From positions 32,001 through 96,000 of the forward strand of contig CAWDPO010000010.1 in the NCBI GenBank assembly GCA_963804165.1: a DNA stretch of 64,000 nt. The letters run 5' to 3'. The position numbers and the translations under genes are program-made. Shown here piece after piece: positions 51,796 through 64,000 of this stretch. The notes beneath the pieces are model-generated. The model did not search any database. It had not been told where the DNA came from and worked only from the letters and a program-made list of their open reading frames with translations. The stretch is from an uncultured delta proteobacterium. GTDB lineage: Bacteria > Desulfobacterota > Binatia > UBA9968. Positions within the stretch are counted from its first letter, which is position 1. Each line of letters opens with the position of its first letter.

Positions 51796-52128
51796 CTAGG
51801 AAACCGCAAATGACGCACCGCAACCGCATGATTTCTTGACGTTTGGATTCTGGAATACGAAACCGGATTGCATCAGTTCGTCTTTGTAGTCTAATTCCGT
51901 GCCGCTCAAATAAAGCAGGCTTTTCATGTCGACTAAGAGTTTCGCGCCGTCTTTTTCAAAAATCTTATCGGTCGCTTTCGGAGCGTCGAAATCGACTTTA
52001 TACTGCAGGCCTGAGCAGCCGCCACCAACAACCTTCACTCTCAATGCCTGGCCCTCGCGGCTTTCGGCGGCGATCAATTCTTTGATCCGCGCCGCGGCAC
52101 GCTCAGTGAGGCTGACTCCCATGGCCAT
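51796..52128 (-). CDS. iscA: A-type Fe-S carrier (IscA/HesB)
   Basis: GGGCSGLQY, NPN..SCGCGASF. Confidence 0.92.
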   Translation of the reverse strand: MAMGVSLTERAAARIKELIAAESREGQALRVKVVGGGCSGLQYKVDFDAPKATDKIFEKDGAKLLVDMKSLLYLSGTELDYKDELMQSGFVFQNPNVKKSCGCGASFAVS

Positions 52129-52152
52129 AAATCTCTTCCTCCTCTAAGTCCT

Positions 52153-53388
52153 TTACGAAGTAGGCTGCTGCGGCTTGAACGCGTTGTGCTGCCGTTTTTG
52201 CGCCTTGCCTTTAGCCTTGTAAGCGGCTGAAATTTCTCTCAAACGCTTCACCTCTTCGACAACCCGTTGAATGGTGTAGTCGATCTCCTCTGCGGTGTTG
52301 AACCGGCCCAGACCAAAGCGAATGGAGGCATGGGCCAAAGAATCCTCTAAACCGATCGCTTTCAAAACATAAGAAGGCTCGAGACTCGCTGAAGTGCACG
52401 CCGACCCCGTTGACACGGCAATTTCCTTCAACCCCATCATCAAAGACTCGCCGTCGACATAAGCGAAGCTCAAGTTCAAATTGCCCGGCAAGCGCATCGC
52501 GGCATCTCCGTTGATCCGTACGTCATCAAGCTGCTCGAATATCCCAGTTTTTAACCGTTCTCTTAACGCCGTCAGCCGTTCACCCTCGGCACCCATTTCT
52601 TTTTTGGCCAGTTCGCAGGCTTTACCCAAACCGACAATCCCGGGAACGTTCAGAGTACCCGATCTCATGCCGCGCTCATGGCCGCCGCCGTCGATCTGCG
52701 GGGTAATTTTGACCCGCGGTTTCGTCGAGCGCACGAAGAGCGCGCCGATTCCCTTCGGGCCATACATCTTGTGCGCCGTCAGAGACAACAAGTCGATGCC
52801 CATGTCCTCGACGTTAAGTGGAATCTTGCCCACTGCCTGGGTGGCATCACTATGAAAAAGAATACCTTTTTCCTTCGCCAATCGGCCGATTTCCTCTATC
52901 GGTTGGATCGTGCCGATCTCGTTATTCGCCGCCATAATCGAAATCAGAATAGTTTTGTCAGTGAGTGCAGCTCTCAGTCGCTGCAAATCAACAAATCCGT
53001 CTCGACTCACCGGTAAATAGGTAACCTCAAAACCGCTCTTTTCTAAAACCTTGCAACTGTCCAAAACCGCCTTATGCTCGGTCACACAAGTAACAATGTG
53101 ATTGCCCTTTTCGCAGTAGGCGTGCGCCACGCCTTTGATCGCGAGGTTATCAGATTCGGTGGCGCCGCTGGTGAAAACGATCTCTCGCGGCGACGCGGCG
53201 CCGATCAAATTGGCCACCTGCTCGCGCGCGGAGTCGACGGCCGCCTCAGCCTCCCAACCGAAAGCGTGATTCTTGCTCGCTGCGTTGCCGAACTTTTCAG
53301 TAAAGTACGGCAACATAACTTCCATCACGCGCGGTTCCACCGCGGTTGTGGCATTATTATCGAGATAAATAGGGGTACTAATCTTCAT
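52153..53388 (-). CDS. iscS: Cysteine desulfurase IscS
   Basis: [45 protein letters not shown]. Confidence 0.93.
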   Translation of the reverse strand: MKISTPIYLDNNATTAVEPRVMEVMLPYFTEKFGNAASKNHAFGWEAEAAVDSAREQVANLIGAASPREIVFTSGATESDNLAIKGVAHAYCEKGNHIVTCVTEHKAVLDSCKVLEKSGFEVTYLPVSRDGFVDLQRLRAALTDKTILISIMAANNEIGTIQPIEEIGRLAKEKGILFHSDATQAVGKIPLNVEDMGIDLLSLTAHKMYGPKGIGALFVRSTKPRVKITPQIDGGGHERGMRSGTLNVPGIVGLGKACELAKKEMGAEGERLTALRERLKTGIFEQLDDVRINGDAAMRLPGNLNLSFAYVDGESLMMGLKEIAVSTGSACTSASLEPSYVLKAIGLEDSLAHASIRFGLGRFNTAEEIDYTIQRVVEEVKRLREISAAYKAKGKAQKRQHNAFKPQQPTS

Positions 53389-53422
53389 CGGTGCCGTCTC
53401 TGAATTTTAACTCAACCCATTA

Positions 53423-53439
53423 CAGACTAAAATAGTCTG
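53423..53439. promoter_or_regulatory. IscR/Rrf2-type operator upstream of iscS
   Basis: Palindrome CAGACTAAAATAGTCTG (GACT-N5-AGTC core, as in IscR type-1 sites) 35 nt upstream of the iscS start. Confidence 0.7.
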
Positions 53440-53536
53440 ATATTAAATTAACCAATAATCGGCGCCGAGTCAACCAACTTATGAGAACTATTAAGTTATT
53501 GGAATATAAAGCTAAACAAAGCCTAAAATAGACCGT

Positions 53537-56059
53537 CTAAGTCCGCTCAAGGGTGTATTTGAGGAATTCGCCGGTGACCGACCTGGCAATCAGAGCGACC
53601 TCCTCAGGCGTTCCTGAGGCGATCACTTCCCCGCCCTGGGGACCGCCATCAGGGCCCAGGTCGATCACATAATCCGCGCTCTTGATGACATCCAGATTAT
53701 GCTCAATCACGACGATAGTATTGCCTAGCTCCTTTAGACGGCTAAGCAGCTCCAAAAGTTTCCTGACATCGTCGAAGTGCAGTCCGCTCGTCGGTTCATC
53801 GAGGACATACAGCGATTGACCAGCAGATTTGCGTGCCAGCTCGCGCGCGAGTTTTACTCGTTGCGCCTCACCCCCCGCAAGCGTCGAGGCCGGCTGGCCG
53901 AGCCGTAGATAACCCAGCCCCACGTCGCGCAATGTTCGCAAACGATCGTAAATCGGCGGAAAATGGTTGAGCAGCTCGAGTGCTTGATCAACGGTCAAGT
54001 CCAAGACGCCGGCGATGCTCAGGCCTTTATACTTGACGTCCAAAGTTTCGCGGTTGAAGCGCCGGCCGCGGCACACCGTGCAGGTTACGAACAATTCGGG
54101 AACGAAGTACATCTCAACGCGGGTCACACCTTCGCCCGCGCAGGCTTCACAGCGTCCACCGCTGACATTGAACGAGAAACGCTCAGGTTTGTAGCCGCGT
54201 ACTCGGGCTTCAGGTAGTTGTGCAAAAAACTCGCGCAGGTGATCGTAAATCCCTGTATAGGTGGCGGGATTCGATCGCGCCGTGCGGCCGATTGGATTCT
54301 GATCAACGCCAATTATTCGGTCGAAGTGTTCCCAGCCGATGAGTTCGGCTTCGGTGGCGTAATTTGTTTTCAACCGCTGCAGCCGTTGTTGCATGCCGCG
54401 ATAGAGCACTTCCATGACGAGCGTGCTTTTCCCGGCGCCGGAGACACCGGTGACACAAACCACGGCACCGATCGGAATCTCCACCGTCAAATTTTTCAAA
54501 TTTCGCGCTCTGGCATTTTTTATGACGAGGACTTTCCCCGTGTCCCTCCGGCGTCGGGGCGGAAGAGGAATCTTCGCGGCACCGGACAAATACCGTCCGG
54601 TGAGAGACCGGTTGTCGCGCAGGATCTCCGCCGGCGTGCCCTGCGCAATGACTTCGCCGCCGCGGTGGCCCGCGCCGGGCCCCATGTCGATAAGATAATC
54701 CGCCGCTGACATTGTTTCGGGGTCGTGCTCGACCACTAACACCGAGTTACCGGCATCACGCAGCTGCTTGAGAAGCTCGAGCAGTTTCGCGTTGTCCTTT
54801 TGGTGCAACCCCATGCTGGGCTCGTCGAGCACATAGAGCACACCCACCATGCCCGAACCTATCTGTGTTGCCAGGCGCACTCGTTGAAGTTCTCCGCCGG
54901 AAAGCGTCGGCGAGGACCGATCCAAGCTCAAGTAATCGAGACCCAGCTCAGCCGCGACACGAAGCCGGCGAATCAACTCGTCGACGATTTTCTCTCCGAC
55001 CATCTTTTGTTCTTCGGAGAATTGGACCTCGGCGAGAAACGCCAACGTCGCGGTGATCGGCCAAGCGGCGATTTCGGAAATGGCGGAGCCGCCAACACGC
55101 GCCGCGCGGCTCTCTTTTTTAAGCCGAGCGCCGCCACATTCCGGGCACGCCACGGCAACGCTGTCTTTGACGCGCTTTCCTTTCCCGACGATCTCGCCCA
55201 AGCCATTGCATCGAACACAAGCACCGTCCGGACTATTGAAGGAAAACAGGCTAGGGGTCATCTCCGGCGCCGTCGCGCCGCAGTTCAAACAAACGAACTT
55301 TTGACTGAATACCAACTCGCGTGCGCCGTCCTTTTCATCTTTCGAAAGAATTCGAATCTTGATCACCTGATCGCCGTGACGCGCCGCCACTTCAACGGAC
55401 TCGGCCAGCCTTTTTCTGATACCCTCACGGAGCACCAGTCGATCGATCACGAGATCGATACGGCTGGCATCGCCGGCGTCCGCTTTGGTCTCACCGCTTA
55501 ACTCGACCATCTGACCGTCGATCATCACGCGGGTGAAACCCTGGCGCGTCAGCTCCGCCAGCCGATCTTGAACTCTCATCGGCGACAACAATGGCATAGG
55601 AGCTAGAACGACAACGCGCGTCTGTTCGGGCAGCGCAAGCAACTGATCGATGATCTGCTCGATCGAGTGAGCTCTGATCTCATGGCCGCATTCGACGCAG
55701 GTTAGCTGGCCTACGCGGAAGAAAAGCAGCCGGAGAAATTCGTAAATACCGGTGATCGTGCCGACCGTGGAACGACGATTAGCTAGGCCGGGTTGCTGCT
55801 GAATGGCGATGGTCGGCGACAGCCCGTCAATGCTGTCGACGTCAGGCTTCTCGATCTGTTGCAGCAGTTGTCGAGCGTCGGTGCCGAGGGATTCGAGATA
55901 GCGCCGGCGACCTTCCGCGTAGAGCGTATCAAAAGCCAACGATGATTTTCCCGAACCGGAGACACCGGTGATGACGACCAGCTGATCGCGCGGAATCTCC
56001 AAGTCGATATTCTTGAGATTATGAACCCGCGCGCCCTTGATGACGATATTGGCCGCCAC
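53537..56059 (-). CDS. uvrA: Excinuclease ABC subunit A, shortened variant
   Basis: HNLKN, GSGKSSLAFDT, LSGGE.QR..LATQIG, GAGKST, Zn fingers, LDEPT.GLH. Confidence 0.88.
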   Translation of the reverse strand: MAANIVIKGARVHNLKNIDLEIPRDQLVVITGVSGSGKSSLAFDTLYAEGRRRYLESLGTDARQLLQQIEKPDVDSIDGLSPTIAIQQQPGLANRRSTVGTITGIYEFLRLLFFRVGQLTCVECGHEIRAHSIEQIIDQLLALPEQTRVVVLAPMPLLSPMRVQDRLAELTRQGFTRVMIDGQMVELSGETKADAGDASRIDLVIDRLVLREGIRKRLAESVEVAARHGDQVIKIRILSKDEKDGARELVFSQKFVCLNCGATAPEMTPSLFSFNSPDGACVRCNGLGEIVGKGKRVKDSVAVACPECGGARLKKESRAARVGGSAISEIAAWPITATLAFLAEVQFSEEQKMVGEKIVDELIRRLRVAAELGLDYLSLDRSSPTLSGGELQRVRLATQIGSGMVGVLYVLDEPSMGLHQKDNAKLLELLKQLRDAGNSVLVVEHDPETMSAADYLIDMGPGAGHRGGEVIAQGTPAEILRDNRSLTGRYLSGAAKIPLPPRRRRDTGKVLVIKNARARNLKNLTVEIPIGAVVCVTGVSGAGKSTLVMEVLYRGMQQRLQRLKTNYATEAELIGWEHFDRIIGVDQNPIGRTARSNPATYTGIYDHLREFFAQLPEARVRGYKPERFSFNVSGGRCEACAGEGVTRVEMYFVPELFVTCTVCRGRRFNRETLDVKYKGLSIAGVLDLTVDQALELLNHFPPIYDRLRTLRDVGLGYLRLGQPASTLAGGEAQRVKLARELARKSAGQSLYVLDEPTSGLHFDDVRKLLELLSRLKELGNTIVVIEHNLDVIKSADYVIDLGPDGGPQGGEVIASGTPEEVALIARSVTGEFLKYTLERT

Positions 56060-56070
56060 GGCAAACTCGC

Positions 56071-57423
56071 CTAGCCTTGGAGTTCTTTGAGCTTGCTTTC
56101 AATGATGGAGCGGTATTCGTCGAGGGTTTCTTGGCACGATGCTTCGAATCGCAGCACGAGCGCCGGTTCCGTGTTCGACGCGCGAATCAGTCCCCAGCCA
56201 TCGGGAAATTGCACGCGAGCACCGTCGACATCGATGACATCGTAATGTTGGCGAAAATATTCCGTCGCCTTTTCCGCAATCGCAAATTTTTTTTCGTCCG
56301 GGCAATCCACGCGAATCTCTGGCGTCGATACGCTCTTGGGCAGATCGCCGATCAAGCAGGATAACGGTTTTCCCGACTGGGCGAGGATTTCGAGCAAACG
56401 CAGCGACGCATAAATCGCGTCATCGTAACCGAAGTAGCGTTCTTTGAAAAAGATATGCCCGCTCATCTCGCCCCCCAACAGCGCGCGCGTTTCCTTCATC
56501 TTGGCTTTAATCAGGGAATGGCCCGCCTTCCACATGATCGGCCGGCCGCCGTGCTTGGAAACATCGTCGTAAAGGCGCTGCGAGCATTTTACATCGGCGA
56601 TAATCGCCGCACCGGGGTTGCGCTTCAACACATCGCGCGCAAACAGCACCAATAACTCATCGCCCCAAAGGATGTCGCCATTTTCATCCACCACGCCGAT
56701 CCGGTCTGCGTCACCGTCGTAGGCGATGCCCAGATCAGCATTTTCAAGCTTTACCTTCTCGATCAACATTACCAAATTTTGCGGCACGGTCGGATCGGGA
56801 TGATGAAGTGGGAAGGTAGCGTCCGGCACGCAGGCGATCTCCCAGACCCGACAACCCAGTTGTCTGAATATCGGCGGCGCCACGGGACCACCAACTCCGC
56901 TCCCCGCATCGGCTACGATTTTCAGCGGTCGCGCGAGCTTGGGCACGTCGGCAAGCAGATACTTCTGATAGGGCGGCACGATTTCATAGCGCTCTACTTT
57001 ACCGCCCGGCTTCTCGTGAAACGCCTTGCGATCCATCCTCTGGCGAATCTCTTGGATCTGCTGGCCGTAAAGAGTGTCCTTGCCAAGACAGATCTTAAAG
57101 CCATTGTACTCGGACGGATTGTGGCTGGCGGTAATTTGGATTCCGCCGTCGAGACCGAGATGAAACAAGGAAAAATAAAGCAAAGGCGTGGGACAGACCC
57201 CAATGTCGTAGACGTGCAGTCCGGCGGCAACCATCCCGGCAATAACCGCTTCGGCATAAGCATCGGAAGTGGCGCGGCAATCGCGCGCCACGCTGGCCCG
57301 CTTGCCGCCCTTCTCGGCGATCTCGGTGCCATGCACCTTGCCCAGCAACAAAGCAAAGTCTTTGTCGAAATCAATCTCAGCCAAACCCCGGATGTCGTAC
57401 TCGCGAAACACGGCCGGATTCAC
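56071..57423 (-). CDS. Phosphomannomutase/phosphoglucomutase
   Basis: FREYDIRG, TASHNP, DGDADR, GEMSGH, RASNTEP. Confidence 0.94.
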   Translation of the reverse strand: MNPAVFREYDIRGLAEIDFDKDFALLLGKVHGTEIAEKGGKRASVARDCRATSDAYAEAVIAGMVAAGLHVYDIGVCPTPLLYFSLFHLGLDGGIQITASHNPSEYNGFKICLGKDTLYGQQIQEIRQRMDRKAFHEKPGGKVERYEIVPPYQKYLLADVPKLARPLKIVADAGSGVGGPVAPPIFRQLGCRVWEIACVPDATFPLHHPDPTVPQNLVMLIEKVKLENADLGIAYDGDADRIGVVDENGDILWGDELLVLFARDVLKRNPGAAIIADVKCSQRLYDDVSKHGGRPIMWKAGHSLIKAKMKETRALLGGEMSGHIFFKERYFGYDDAIYASLRLLEILAQSGKPLSCLIGDLPKSVSTPEIRVDCPDEKKFAIAEKATEYFRQHYDVIDVDGARVQFPDGWGLIRASNTEPALVLRFEASCQETLDEYRSIIESKLKELQG

Positions 57424-58445
57424 TGACTCCTCCGGGCCATGGTGCGGCGCGCCAATCGTGCAGCCAAAACAATCGCTTGCTTCATGCTGCTTTCGTCAGC
57501 CTTGCCGGCGCCCGCGATATCGTAGGCCGTTCCATGATCGACCGATGTGCGAATGAAGGGCGGACCCAATGTGAGCGCGACGCCACCGAAGAAGTGATGC
57601 AGCTTCAGCGGAATCAGGCCTTGGTCGTGGTACATGCAGACGACGGCATCATACTCGCCGCGTGCCGCGAGGTGGAACAGACTATCGGCCGGAAAGGGGC
57701 CGTGGGCCGGAACGCCTTTCTTGCGCGCCGATTGCACGGCGGGTGAGATCACGGTGATTTCTTCGTCGCCAAAAATTCCCTCTTCGCCGCCGTGAGGGTT
57801 TAACGCCGCGACGGCGATGCGCGGCCTGGCGATGCCAAAAAAATCCTTCAGACTGCGGTGTGTCAGCTCCAGAGTTGCTTGGATATTTTCCCGTGTGAGT
57901 TTGCGCGCCACTTGCGTGAAGCGGATGTGACCCGTCACCGGCACCACGCGGAGTTTGGCGCCGATGAGCATCATGCGGCATTCCGCGGTACGGCTAAGCT
58001 CGGCAAACAACTCTGTATGGCCGGGATAATTGTAACCGGCGTCGATCAAGCTGCTCTTGCTGATGGGCGCCGTCGCAATCGCGTCGGCGACTTTTGAGAG
58101 CGCTAGCTTCGCGGCAACGCAGATGTATCTAAATGCGCTGTGGCCGCCGGCGCGAGACGCAACCCCCGGCCGTGATTCCCTGACCGCCAGTGTCGACAAC
58201 GAACAGACGACGTGCGCTGTCCGATGATTGAGCAGAGGCAGAAGCGGTTGACCTTGTTGCCAACAGATGAGGGCCGGGGCATTTCTCTGGCGCCGGCGAG
58301 CTCTTTGCAAGACTCCCCAGTCACCCAAAATCAAGGGTCGTGAGACCTTCTTGATCGCGGGGTCCGCGAGCGCTTTGAGAATGACTTCGGGACCGATTCC
58401 CGCCGGATCGCCCATGGTAACGGCGATGATCGGCCTACTCGACAT
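57420..58445 (-). CDS. pdxA: 4-hydroxythreonine-4-phosphate dehydrogenase
   Basis: MGDPAGIGPE, GHTE, LNPH.GE.G, MYHDQG, RTSVDHGTAYDIAG. Confidence 0.94.
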   Translation of the reverse strand: MSSRPIIAVTMGDPAGIGPEVILKALADPAIKKVSRPLILGDWGVLQRARRRQRNAPALICWQQGQPLLPLLNHRTAHVVCSLSTLAVRESRPGVASRAGGHSAFRYICVAAKLALSKVADAIATAPISKSSLIDAGYNYPGHTELFAELSRTAECRMMLIGAKLRVVPVTGHIRFTQVARKLTRENIQATLELTHRSLKDFFGIARPRIAVAALNPHGGEEGIFGDEEITVISPAVQSARKKGVPAHGPFPADSLFHLAARGEYDAVVCMYHDQGLIPLKLHHFFGGVALTLGPPFIRTSVDHGTAYDIAGAGKADESSMKQAIVLAARLARRTMARRSQ

Positions 58446-58507
58446 AAACGACACAACTCCGCGCCGGAATAACGGGCCACCCACCTGATTATTGCAGCGA
58501 CAAGGGA

Positions 58508-59812
58508 TTATGGCTTTTTTGAAGAAAATGGATTCAACGAATCCAAGATATTTGAGAAGGCCCCTTTCTCAGAATCTTTCTGCGGCGGGGGAGGCGTTAA
58601 AATATCCGGCACATCGTCAGCGGTTTCAGTGGTAAAGAGCGGAACTCCGAGGATGCTGACAACACTTTTTCCGGCCAGTGGACTTTTAGGATCTTCCTCC
58701 TCAAAGGGAGTCTCCTTCACAATATACGAGAACGGATTCAGGTAGCTCATGAAACTGCGATCTTGTCGGCGTGCGGCGCGATTGGAATTGGCCACCAGAG
58801 TACTCATCGTGCCTTCCTTTGAATCTTCTGGTTTGAACGTAACTCCCGCCACTTTGACATCGACTCTGTGCTTACGGCGCAAATCGGTTTTAAGCCATTT
58901 CGCGAAACGTTCATCGAGGGCCTTGTTCAGAAGCTCTTCCTTGATACGCGGAGCAACGCTGCTCAGTGGCAGTACATCGCCGGGCTCGCGCCCTTCGAGT
59001 TTAACGATGTGAATCCCCATATTGGTACGGAACGGCTCGCTCACTTGACCCACCGACAATTTCTCGAACGCCACCTCTTCGATGCCGGCAATCAAAGTGC
59101 CGCGGTTAACCCAGCCGATTTCTCCGCCGGCCGCGCGCCCGGCTCCTTCGGAATTCTCAACGGCTAGAGTCGCGAAATCCTCGCCCGCGAGTATTTTTGC
59201 GTAGATCTCTTTGCCTTTTGCCATGGCGCTTTGAACGCGGTCCGGGGGTGCATTTTCCGCCAGTGGCAATAAAATATGACGAATGCGGGCGCGGTCATTA
59301 CCGCGAAATTTCTTCGCGTTGAGTTTGTAATAGCGTTCCACGTCCTCGTCCGTGACGTTGACTTTGCGCTTAACTTGGCGATCGATGATCTCGCTTTTCT
59401 CCATCTCGGTCTTGACCGACGCTTTATAGTTGGCCAAGTTCTGTCCTTCCCTGCTAAGAGCGACTTTTAGATCCTCATCGGACAAGCGGTTATTTTTTTT
59501 GACTTGTTCGATGTAGCGAGCGACGTCGTCGTCGCTGATGCTGATACCCGACTCCCGGACTTCGGCTTCGAGGAGTTTATCGGTAATAAACTGCTCTAAA
59601 ACCTCACGGTCGGTGGCGTTGATCTGATCGAGGTTCCCAGTGGGGAAAGCGCGCCCCATTTTGGTTTTCGCATACGTGTTCAAGCTGGACAGCGTATAGG
59701 GCTCGCCATTGATCACGACCAGTAGTTGCTCGACGACCCCGGCGCAAACACAATGTGGAATAACAAGGAAGAAAAATACCAAGAGGCTATTTTTAATGGC
59801 ATGCCTCAGCAT
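58508..59812 (-). CDS. SurA-like parvulin peptidyl-prolyl isomerase
   Basis: Signal peptide; SurA N-domain; RHIL, F..LA..S, GGEIGW, G.HIVK; located between mfd and pdxA. Confidence 0.85.
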   Translation of the reverse strand: MLRHAIKNSLLVFFFLVIPHCVCAGVVEQLLVVINGEPYTLSSLNTYAKTKMGRAFPTGNLDQINATDREVLEQFITDKLLEAEVRESGISISDDDVARYIEQVKKNNRLSDEDLKVALSREGQNLANYKASVKTEMEKSEIIDRQVKRKVNVTDEDVERYYKLNAKKFRGNDRARIRHILLPLAENAPPDRVQSAMAKGKEIYAKILAGEDFATLAVENSEGAGRAAGGEIGWVNRGTLIAGIEEVAFEKLSVGQVSEPFRTNMGIHIVKLEGREPGDVLPLSSVAPRIKEELLNKALDERFAKWLKTDLRRKHRVDVKVAGVTFKPEDSKEGTMSTLVANSNRAARRQDRSFMSYLNPFSYIVKETPFEEEDPKSPLAGKSVVSILGVPLFTTETADDVPDILTPPPPQKDSEKGAFSNILDSLNPFSSKKP

Positions 59813-60086
59813 AAGTATCTCGATCTGAAGTAGGCGAAACGAACAAATAAGTCCAGAAATTAGTTACCACACTCGAATTCAAAAGCCAAACAACCGATAG
59901 ACGGAAAGGTTTACCGCGTAGGGTCCGAAAACCGCAGATGGGCCAATACCGCAAAAAGCGAATGACTGGGGCCATCAGTTCGCGAGCGCTGCTTGTTTCG
60001 ACGTCGCCGCGCTCCGCCTAGCACTCGAAAACACATAGTATCCGGTACGATGCGTCTACCGCAGATGGTCGGCATCCCGTGATCGT

Positions 60087-63631
<3,545 letters not shown>

Positions 63632-63635
<4 letters not shown>

Positions 63636-64000
63636 GAGAAAAAACTAAATCTTTGAAGTTGGATTTTCGGGATGGTTGACACCGAAGGCTTCGAGCCGCC
63701 GGCGGCCGCGGCCTTCGCCCACGCCTCGGCAGCTTGGCAAAGTTCTTTTACGCGAATCTCTAGAAAAGCGGGTTGATAATTCTCAAAGCGGATCAACGCT
63801 TGGTAGATCATCCGAACCGGACCTTTGACCTCGCCAAAATCGCAAAACAGACGGAACGCTGCCGCGAGTTGAACCAACCCTTCGAGAAATGGTTTATCGG
63901 CTGGCTCCGCTTGCTGATAAAAACCTTCTAAGACTTCGTGACATTCGAAGAATCGGCGATCATTAAACAGACCCACACCCTCTCGCAACCGAGCGTCCAT
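63632..64000 (-). CDS. DUF309 family protein
   Basis: G..LFN...FFECHEVLE, GLVQLAAA; ATGA overlap with mfd. Confidence 0.8.

Noticed and set aside
59813-60086. Small RNA or ORF between mfd and the SurA-like gene
   Set aside because: No recognisable RNA family, convincing stem or RBS-supported ORF.

Overview
GC-rich bacterial chromosomal segment. Its many stand-alone solute-binding proteins, amidohydrolases and intergenic palindromic repeats resemble Candidatus Binatia / deltaproteobacteria-like MAGs (inference only). Scattered single-base frameshifts, several in homopolymers, suggest long-read indel errors. Left part (1-24 kb) is accessory. It holds two TctC paralogs, an IS5/IS1182-like element with CTAG flanks, and a tyrosine-recombinase + IS91-type HUH transposase unit whose 17-bp inverted ends carry integron-type GTT/AAC core sites. 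That unit sits at one copy of a duplicated 60-bp palindrome-GTT site and heads an array of integron-like gene cassettes (attC sites, aac(3)-I-like, GFA, methyltransferase). No IntI is present in the window. A second copy of the site heads more cassette-like genes, and a solitary complete cassette lies at 17.6-18.9 kb. Also here is an orphan glycine-reductase-family component B pair with an in-frame Sec codon and SECIS-like hairpin. Middle part (24-42 kb): orphan SBPs, catabolic enzymes, MITE/REP repeats, a Tat-signal TPP enzyme plus cytochrome c, and a Psd plus Lgt-like pair. Right part (42-64 kb) is core: nth, eno, ftsB, pcm, gcvH-like, comDE-like, a hybrid iscS-iscA-sufB-nifS-Rrf2 operon, a short uvrA, PMM/PGM, pdxA, a SurA-like PPIase and mfd.
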